Shown: piece after piece, positions 54,701 through 64,000 of the stretch
How the letters are laid out: every line of letters starts with the position of its first letter
Numbering within the stretch: the first letter of the stretch is position 1
Assembly (NCBI GenBank): GCA_040954595.2
Contig: CM082585.2
Span: 6,411,808 to 6,475,807, forward strand
Length of the DNA: 64,000 nt
From: Balanoglossus misakiensis
Lineage: Eukaryota; Animalia; Hemichordata
Direction of reading: 5' to 3'
Notes under the pieces: model-generated
The model's database searches: none
Seen by the model: the letters and a program-made list of their open reading frames with translations, nothing else
What the model was told of the DNA's origin: nothing
Translations under genes and position numbers: made by a program

Positions 54701-57700
54701 TGTGTGTGTGTGGTATCTATATAAATTATAATGTACACGTACGTGTACATGCTGCAACTTAAAAAGTGGATTTTCTCAATAAAGATTATTTATACATAAG
54801 AAAACTTCCATATCATATTGGTCAATAAAATGTGTACATTTGGCCTGAGTCCACTCTAGTCTGAGGGTATTTTAATTGCGCTTGTTCAAAATGGTTACAT
54901 GATCAGCAACTAGTTGTTAGTATATTGAAAAATGTGCATTATGCAATATGGAGATATGCATACGTGTCATAATGTTGATGTGAAGGCCTCACCGTTTAAT
55001 ATTAGCAAATTGGGTCAAAGGTCGCAGAATATCACATCTGGCTATCAAAGTTGTCACAGTTTGCTCTCAATGGCATTTATTGGTAGGGTTTTATTTCTGC
55101 ACATAGTTGTCAAAACCAGATTTCATAAATAGAGATATGTACGTATGAATGTACGCATGTAGGTGAGGGGTGACGATGTCTATATTTGATTACGTCCGGT
55201 CTCCAACTGTTCTGTTGCTTCAAAGTCTATAGCCACCATTCATATTTATTATTTTATACATGTAAAAAATTAACCTCATAACTAAACTTTTAGCACATTT
55301 TTTCAAAAATTTTGATCAAGTCTTGCAGACAATGGCACATTATGACGAATTGGTCTAAAATTAACGGAAAAAATAGGGAAATATATGTGAAAATGCAAAT
55401 GTTGCACACATTTTGACAGCGAATTGTGACTTTCAAAGGGTTGACAGTAACATTTTGTCACCCATGACCAGATGATGAATTAGGATTAGTTTCCCAAGTT
55501 TCAGAAACATTTTGTAGTAGAAATATATAAATCACACAACAGTACATAATTGTTTGGAAGTTTTGGGTAGAAACACAGATCTGACAGTCATGTCTTCAGT
55601 TAGGAATTTTCCAATGTCATGTAAATGCATTTTATAGTAGTGACATGACATGCCATATCATTTCAATGACTGTATAAACATGTCAGCTGTTCCTCCAATC
55701 ATACTGAAACAAAAAGACAATCTATATATCTTAATACCCATTTCCCAAAAATTAAAGATTTTGACAATTATTGACAAACGTATTAACTTCTGTCTCATTA
55801 AAACACAATTTGTGACTAAAATCAATATCGTTCTTTGTAATCAAATAATGATGCATTTTACTGTATTTTCAAAAGCAACTGTCATTGATGACTTGTTGAA
55901 TGGAGGAATAGAAATCAATACATGTATTACTTTTAATGTTATTTTTACATTAAAACTACATTTAATCGTGGGTAGGCAATAGACCTGAGCGGAGCAGTGG
56001 CCTCGGAGCAATAGCCAATCCTGGTCGTGCTTTGAATATTGTATAGCGCCCCCATTGTCTGGTTGACTAAAACACAAAAGTGCATCATGCAAACTAACTT
56101 TTCTTGTAATGTATGCCGTTTTAGGCTCTTGTAACCATGAATTTTGTCTGAAAGTAAATTAATTATATTTTTTTTGCATTTCAGAGGATTTTGATCAGTA
56201 CATTGTGGACGCAGAAGACAACACAAACAAAGTAGTGCGTGGAAGCTATCCGAACATGGCAATACAAGCCCACCCCGTCATCTCCAAATTCTTTATGGAT
56301 CTAGCATCCTACGTCGAAGGCAAAGAAGTGGACGTGTCCGATTCCGTCGCCTCGTTTTTCAATAGCTTGTTTCCGCTGGTCTATGTGTTTGAAATACACT
56401 CGCAGACTACTCTGACTCCAGACTACAAGGATTGCCTGAGTCAGATCACCCAGGAAGTCAACCCCTTCGGGGAAATCCCGCGGAAGGTCAACGTGCACAT
56501 ACAGAAGTCGTTGCAGGCGGCGCGCGTGTTCATCCAGGCGCTGAATCTGGGAATCGAGGTCATCAACACCACGGACTACATCATAACCACGAGGGAGTGC
56601 AGCAAGGCGCTGCTGCGGTTGCGATACTGCAGCTACTGCAACGGGATGCCCACGATGAAACCCTGCAACAGTTTCTGCCTCAACGTCATGAAGGGGTGTC
56701 TCGCGAACGTGGCCGACATAGACTCCGACTGGAGGGATTATATCGATCGCCTCGACCAACATACCAAGGGTATGCGTGGTATATACAACATTGAAGAGAT
56801 AATGTCTCAGCTGGACGATAAAATTAACGATGCAATAATGTACGCTATGCACAATGGACCAAGGATATCAGAGCAGGTGAGACCTTAATTCTGCATATTT
56901 GTATGAAATGTAGAAACCTTCGCAACCTGTTAATCACTATTTTGAGTATTTTTCCTCAATAAACATGATACCGTTAAAGTCATTTTATAAGACGCGCCTT
57001 TTATGAGTGACAGTGTGTACCGAAAAGGGGGTGCGACTTATAATACTGATGTTCTGTTGTATTCATTTTCTGAAAATCTCCTCCCACACAAGTCTTTCAA
57101 AGAAGGGGTGCGACTTTAATATAATACCACTGCGGCTTATAAAATGACTTTAACGGTACTCATTCAGTTTCTGTCAGGAAACATGATTAAATTTTGTGAT
57201 CAAATTTTGTGTGTGGACTGCCAAAATATGAGATAAGAACCAGCAATCAGCATATTTCTGATCAACCTTTGACCTTTCGACTTCCAGGTGAGAAATTTCT
57301 GTGGCCATCCCCCGAAACAAAAGAGAAGTACTGAAGACTCGGCACCCAGAGAACGAGACAACTCGGAATATTTCTTAACAACTCATGCCAAATTGGATTT
57401 ATATCAAAGAATACAGAGTTCAATGGCGGGTCTAGCGTCTTCAAAATTATTTTATAAAGATTTATCGAACAAGCTTTGCAGCGATGATGACTTTGCGTTC
57501 AGATGGGACTATGAATGCTGGAATGGAGTTACAAAGGGCAGGTAAGGTCACTGTAGGCTAGATAAGGTCACGTTGGGGTAGATGGGGTCAAAGTAGGTCA
57601 GATAAGGTCACATTTGGGAGATAATGTCATACTTGGCAGATGGGGTCAAAGTAGGTCAGATAAGGTCACATTGCGGTAGATGGGGTCAAAGTAGGTCAGA

Positions 57701-59090
57701 TAAGGTCATTTTGGGAGATAATATCATACTTGGCAGACGAGGTCACTGTAGGTCAGATAAGGTCACATAGGGGCAGATTAGGTCACAGTAGCATTGAGGT
57801 CAAATTGGAGCAAGCTGAGGTCACATTATGGTTGAAGATGGCCTCATTCGCCATGGGACCATCAGTGGAGTATGGTAAAGACAGTATGTTGTGTTCAACT
57901 CCCACAGATACGACAAACAAGTGGTCGGGGACAACAAAGAAGACAGATATATGAATCCTGAAATGAGAGTCTCAAGACAACCAGATCAAGTTATCCAGAA
58001 AATATTTGACAAACTACGACATATACAACAGGTATTCATATTTTATGTATTATAATGTAAATATCAAATTAGATGCACAGATCAATACATGGGCATTCTC
58101 CCTTGTTGAAAACTTGAGTGACATTTCTCAATACCCTAACTGATTTTCACTCTACTAAGATTTCCTCCAGTGTTTTCATAATCTATTGATCAAACGGGGA
58201 CTGTGTCATTGACAATGACTTGGATCAAACGGGGACTGTGTCATTGACAATGACTTGGATCAAACGGGGACTGTGTCATTGACAATGACTTGCATCTCTG
58301 TGCGTTCAGTTACTCAAGGGCAAATCGGCCGCTCCCGGAGAAGACTTCTCCATCAGCGGAAGCGGCGACGGCAGCGATCAGGAAGTGGTTGTCGAGAAGG
58401 GAAGTGGATGCGGAGACGACGAAGACTGCGAGGGAAGCGGGAGCAGTGGTGATGGAGAAGTCGTAGACACCAGAAATCGTAAGAATTGTTTTTTTTGCGA
58501 CTCTTGATACAATTATGGACCTCTAAAGAGGGCACTGGGGACGACAGGGTGAAAGTATGGTAATTCAGCACCATTCACGGTGACTGAGAGCCATGCCACT
58601 GCCTGGTGGTTGCTGCCACTACGGTGGCCCAGTAATGCCATCATCAGATGGTAGCCCAACAGTAATATATGGTTGCCCAGCATAGCAATCATTGTATGGT
58701 AGCCCAGTAGAGCCACCATTGCCTTGTTCCTGAGAGTGCCATTTTCATATGATAACCCAGCATGCCATATTATGGTAGCCCAGCAGTGCAATAACCACAT
58801 GGAAACATATTTGCTAACATGACATGAAATTGGAGCAAAAGATATGAGCAAGCTTGAATCGTCGAATAAACATTTCTTGTCTTATTTAACATTTAGGTGG
58901 ACGTGATGTAACGACACTGTCAACAGAAGATTTCAGTTTTGAAGAAACAAGTTCAGAAAACGCTGTTACACCAAAATATAACCAAGGAGAAGCAAGACCT
59001 ACCAGACCATCATCAGCAACATTTGTGTCATCGTCACTGGTTACCGTGGTTTTCAGTTATTTTATAACACTAATATTTCATAGGCGGTAA
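36716..59090 (+). CDS. GPC5: Glypican, GPC3/5 (dally) subfamily, 7 exons: 36716-36866, 36977-37135, 56185-56876, 57288-57541, 57908-58031, 58310-58478, 58897-59090 (1743 nt, 580 aa)
   Basis: Signal peptide followed by SCYDVQQAF; LKVCSNSKTCCTKRVEE; FFNSLFPLVY (GPC3/5-like); CSYCNG..KPCNSFCLNVMKGCL; basic site KQKRS; ECWNG; Ser-Gly heparan-sulfate sites SGSGDG, GSGCGDDEDCEGSGSSGDG; hydrophobic GPI-signal C-terminus. GT-AG junctions are in phase. Co-orthologue of GPC3 and GPC5. Confidence 0.9.
45493..45576. mobile_element. MITE family A copy 4 (glypican intron 2)
   Basis: tcaa-CCCTTTCACC...GGTGAAAGGG-ttaa. Confidence 0.7.
52426..52585. repeat. (TATG)n microsatellite
   Basis: About 39 units with few interruptions. 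Confidence 0.97.
56969..57158. mobile_element. MITE, Tc1/mariner-pogo-like
   Basis: TA-CCGTTAAAGTCATTTTATAAG...CTTATAAAATGACTTTAACGG-TA, a perfect TIR with TA flanks and an internal repeated aaggggtgcgactt. Confidence 0.7.
57543..57825 (+). repeat. 10-bp-period minisatellite rich in RGGTCA (glypican intron 4)
   Basis: gatggggtca aagtaggtca gataaggtca repeated; about 17 RGGTCA hexamers. Confidence 0.8.
58188..58292. repeat. Perfect 35-bp x3 tandem repeat (glypican intron 5)
   Basis: gatcaaacggggactgtgtcattgacaatgacttg at 58188, 58223 and 58258. Confidence 0.92.
58600..58795. repeat. Degenerate minisatellite (glypican intron 6)
   Basis: Recurring atggtagcccag(t/c)a units. Confidence 0.6.
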
Positions 59091-59565
59091 AAAATAATTA
59101 GTTCCGGAACTTTGCAACATGCAGAATTTTTTATTTAAACATTAATCTTTTTTGGAACTTGAGTCAATAAGATTGACTTGATTTGACCAAGAAAAAGAAC
59201 AATATGCAAGATAAATTTACAGTGGGGAAAAATGTTTTGTAAAATGTCTTCATCTCCGTTTGCTCAGTTACAATCTTTTATGTAATTCATTGAATATTAA
59301 TCCTCTCATCCCCCCTCCCATTTCATTGTATATATGTCCATTGTGCCACTGAAAATAGTTGTCCCACACTGCGGTAGCATAAGTGTTTAACATGGAACCC
59401 ACATCCCTCAGACTCCCTCAGAAGTGCATTTCAAATGAAGAATTTTATATCGTTTAGTGATATTAGCTGCAGTAAAAAAACTAGATGTTTCAGTAAAACA
59501 TGACAGTACTGACAGGATGGGGTGACTGACTCATGTACATTTCCTGATCCTGATAGTTTGAAAGA

Positions 59566-59851
59566 TTGTAGCGATTCAGTAACACAGTGTTGCAACTCAG
59601 TAAGTCAGTGTAGCAATTCAGTAAGACAATGTTGCAATTGAGTAAACAGTGTTGCAACTCAGTATTAAAGTCAATGTAGCAATTGGCTAAGACAATGTAG
59701 CAATTCACTAAGACAATGTAGCAATTGAGTAAACTGTGTTGCAACTCAGTCAGTCAATGTAGCAATTCTCTAAGACAATATAGCAATTCTCTAAGACAAT
59801 GTAGCAATTCAAGAAACCAATATAGCAACTCAGTCAGACACTGTAGCAACT
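59566..59851. repeat. ~21-bp tandem repeat downstream of the glypican stop (probable 3' UTR)
   Basis: caatgtagcaattcagtaaga-like units, about 13 copies. Confidence 0.8.
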
Positions 59852-61705
59852 ATTTACAACTGACATTCAGATCCAGCATTATGGACAGTTGGTTTCTGTG
59901 CCTCTGTACAAGGGAGAAACTTCAGGAAACTGAAGTTGGAGAGAATTTCTACAAACCACTGAGGTACGTGTACCACTTTTGTGGTTATCAGTGTTTTCAT
60001 TGGTTATTCATGACTTTGTTCATAGTTCGAGTAATCACACAAAATCCGTCAAAAAAGTCATGATCTGTGAGGTTTTTTCACAGATATTTCCGACTAACGT
60101 TCTACATACATGGCATTTTAACTTTTAGAATTATCAGAATTAAGAGGTTGACAGCATTACTGCCACAACTTTTAGTGGATTTCAATTTTTATGTAAAAAA
60201 AAAAACATTTCACTCACAAAAAAACAACTCATTAGTAAGGGTAGTGACTATCTATTAGATTAACAAAAACATTAATTTTTTAACAGATTGTACATTTTTT
60301 TATGAATAATGATAAAATATCTAAAAATTTATATTTACATACAGAGTGATCTGTAACCGGGGGGCAATGTGACCATCACTCAATGCCCCATTATTGTAGC
60401 AATTATTGTTTTCTTGTCATGTGTTATACCTAAACAAATATGCCAGATTTTTTACTTGTATCTTAATATGCCAACTTTGTTGTCGAATCGGAGATTTGTA
60501 TTTCATAAAGCATGTACTGTTAGATGTTTTGCTCTGGTCAGTGAATGTGTTCGTTTGCTGCAACAGGGTCTGCAAACCATGGAAATACCACAGTGAAAAA
60601 AGGTTGTGGTGGGAGTTTTGTCACACCAAGTGGTTGAAAAAGAACACTGATGATGTGAATAGAAAGGTAGTTTTTGACAAAAGATGACAATGATTTCATC
60701 TTGTTATAAACACAGCTCAACACTTGCGTCAAATTTATAAGAACCAACTCAACATTGTTAATACATCCAACTCATGCCAAGAATTCAATTTCAGTGGTAG
60801 TTTTTGTAAACTCAGAAATTTTCACAAGCTAGTATTATTTCCACTAGTATTATACAACTGGAAATGAACCTTTGTGACTTATATTGCTGTGAAATGTTTT
60901 GTTCAGAATCAAGTCAGTTTTGTTTTGAATAATGCGCAATAATGTTTGTAAAAGACTACAAGTGTCTATCATGTTTCCTAATGAAAATATATATACACAA
61001 AAAAATTGTCAAACTGACAAATTTTACTTTCAAAATCTTAATGTCCAAACTAACTAAAATAGCTTCATTAAATCACAATTTATAATTTAAATACAGCTGC
61101 ATCTACTCTTGATACTGGTAAAATATGGTCAATTTCACAGTCAAGAACATTTCTTTAAATAATTATGTATTAACATGAAAATATTCTGGGTTTCAGTATT
61201 TTGAATAAAACAACAACTCACAGCGAAAGGTGCTATCAAGAAAACATGGTATAACATTATATTATTATGCAAAAATATATATTGCTTAGTTATTGTTGTG
61301 TATAGTCCTTTTATTCAAATTCTGTATTTTTAACTATTTTTTTCAGAAAACTGATTTCTGGATAAATTTTTGTATTAAAAGAGTATTGTGTGTGTAGTAC
61401 ACACATGTAGCAATGACTTAAGGATATGTTTTGAAATTAAAGGGACAAAGTTGTCCACTTGTGATATTGTTTTGGTTATTTTGCTTTTAGTTTGTTTGGC
61501 GAGTTGAACAACATAAGTAATCAATCAATCAATCAAAAGAAAGTAAGATATTAACCAAAATAATATCAAAAGGCAGCAACATGACATTGTCCCTTTAATA
61601 GAGTGGTGAATCTATGTTTCATTAAAATTGTCAGTTCTCTGCATCAGGTGTTGCAGCATCCGAATTCGCTGTTCACTTTTATATAAAAATGTCTTTCATT
61701 TCAAA

Positions 61706-61847
61706 TTAGGGGAGAACCATTTGATTTCATGGGGGGTGGATTTAGGTAGACAGCAAAATTTTTTCAGCCACTGGACCATCTGCCAATGATTTTTTTCCCA
61801 AAGCTCTGCCATCCACCCCTCCCAGAAATCAAATGGTTCTCCCCTAA
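61706..61847. mobile_element. MITE family B, PIF/Harbinger (Tourist)-like
   Basis: tta-GGGGAGAACCATTTGATTTC...GAAATCAAATGGTTCTCCCC-taa, a perfect 20-bp TIR. Confidence 0.7.
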
Positions 61848-64000
61848 TAGACATAAGAGAGCTACTGTGTACACAAAGTCCAGACCACTATAATATTTTG
61901 ACTTTCAAAACTAAAATCCTCAGCAAAGATGAGCCCTACAGAACGTGATACACTTGACCAAAATGAACTTTCATGTGTGTCAAATGTGAAATTGAAAATT
62001 GTAGCGGTAGCGTGTGCCCAATATTAGTAGCAAGTGATGTTTGAAATCAGAATAGAATGTTATCTTAGCTGAATAGATAATTGTGTATATTGAGATCATT
62101 TGGGAGGCAGTTGTCACGGTGCTCAAAGGTAAAAACGAAATGGTTAGAAATTGCAGAAAATTGTTTACCATTACAGTATGTTCTGATAGATCTTTTGGCC
62201 TAAAATTTTTGAATTTGTTGGAAGAAATTGTAATACTGTTTAGAATAACTAACAGAGGCACAGTTCCCATGGCAACCCCCCCCCTGCTGATTAACAACTA
62301 ACATTGTGGAATTGCCAACTGTCTGTGCCATGGATCTCTTGAACAAAAAGGTCACAGAACGAGAATGAAGTGCCTTAGATAGATCAGATGTTCTGTAAAA
62401 AAAATCTTGTTTTTACTGTTCTGTGTTGCATTGATTGCAATTGTTTTTTTCGTAAATTAATGTTTTGTAAAGTCATTTTACCCAACTTTTTCTTGTCAAA
62501 GAATGTGACATTTTCATTTGTCTTAACTTTTAAGCGTACGTCTTTGAAAAATGCCATTTGCTAGGCATGCTGTGTAGTATATTTTAGTCAACTGGTCATT
62601 TTAATCATGTACTTATATTTATTTTATATATATATATGCAATTCCCAAAATACAAATATTAATACCTCTATCGCTGTTTCCGTGTATATAAATTGCTTTT
62701 ATGAGTGCGACACCTGTGGTGGGATTAAGAAATTTTTCAAGGCAATAACAATTTTGTTTGCAAATTAAAACACATTCTATATTATGTGGAAGTAGTTTGT
62801 ATTTGAAGAATTGCAAATCATACATTATTTATGTTAGTGAACTAGAACTGCTTCAAGATGGCATTTAATATGAAAACAGTTTCCTCTTCTGCATTTAGAC
62901 GCATGTTCCTCATTGTTTGATCTCATCCTTTTTTTTTTGTTCATTGAATAATGAACCTTTCCTGAGGAGTGTCCATGGAAATGGTCATGTGATAGACCTG
63001 CAAATAATGTTTCAAACACAATCACCTCACTGCCATGTGTCTGAAAATTAAAATCATTGACCAACAATGATTTCTGATCAAATTTGTATTGTCAGTTTTT
63101 AGGTGTTACTCTGTTTGCCATAATGTGTGATTTTTCAATTCAAATAACGTGCATTAAATTAATTTAGAATAAAAAGTGAAACTAAACGTTTTTTCTTTGT
63201 GGCCATTTATGATATCTCCACAACAGGTTTTCAGAAGATTGCATTGTCAAATTTCTGATCAGATCAAGTTGACAGATAGGTTATAGCACCTTTGTCATTG
63301 GTGATGACAGTTTTACTAACTTGTAGTAGCCATAAAATTTGACAACTTTTGCAGAGTATTTAAGTGTTTAGGATGTAAGTGCAGTATAAGAGAATTGCTA
63401 AATAAAAAAACCCACAAATTTGACGATTTTCGTGAAATTTCATCATATAGCTCTGTCAGAAGAAGTTAAATTCAGTGGTCCAATAATGTTGTTTTATTAT
63501 CCTGTCTTATTTTTTGATAAAATCCATGTGAAATACATTTGCCAACAAAAAATATTTAATACTAGTTACTTGTTTTCCCTTCAATAAATGAGTCAAGGGG
63601 AACAGAACCAACTATTTTAATTAACAACAGAATTCCAGAAAAAAAAATCACATGTTCCAGAACAGTTCATGAGTGTTCAGCATGTTGGTCATTAACTCTT
63701 TCTGTATTTTCTACTTTGTTGCCACTGTGATTTTATCATAACAAAAGTCCATAATCCACAAAGTTTAGTAACTTTCCATGGAATGTATTTATTATTATCA
63801 CATTGAATAGTTTATTTTTACAAAGTAGTTTAACATGTGTACCATATTTTCTCAAAATGATTGTGGAATACAAAAGTTTTCAAAGGGGCACAAATGTTGG
63901 GATAATTTCATATTGTATTTTACCAGTATTTATAATAAAAGATCAAATTCAATACAACATGTGGATTGTCAATGGGGTATTTTTTTTTAGCTGTAAATAT

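Noticed and set aside
56301-56852. 183-aa antisense ORF and 120-aa alternative-frame ORF
   Set aside because: They are shadows of the GC3-rich glypican exon 3.

Overview
This is AT-rich, intron-rich animal genomic DNA, probably an invertebrate deuterostome (inference; no species can be named from the sequence). Four spliced genes were reconstructed exon by exon: a TSPAN6/7-type tetraspanin (-, 7 coding exons, 249 aa), trimethyllysine dioxygenase TMLHE (+, 6 coding exons, 455 aa), MCM7 (-, 17 exons, 728 aa, one GC-AG intron) and a GPC3/5 (dally)-type glypican (+, 7 exons, 580 aa, 19-kb intron 2). The main signal the ORF track does not explain is a cluster of seven related pre-miRNA-like hairpins, sense to MCM7, in its introns 13 and 15. 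Each 3' arm carries the miR-92/25-family seed AUUGCAC, but with a non-canonical 3' half (GUGGGGC in six of seven). Intron 15 sits at the protein position of human MCM7 intron 13, which hosts miR-106b~25, and the neighbouring gene is a GPC3/5-type glypican, the genes flanking miR-17~92 and miR-106a~363. The locus therefore looks like a single-copy counterpart of the vertebrate miR-17~92 paralogon with its own miR-92 expansion. Several MITE families, microsatellites and minisatellites are also present. All folding and motif calls were made by eye.
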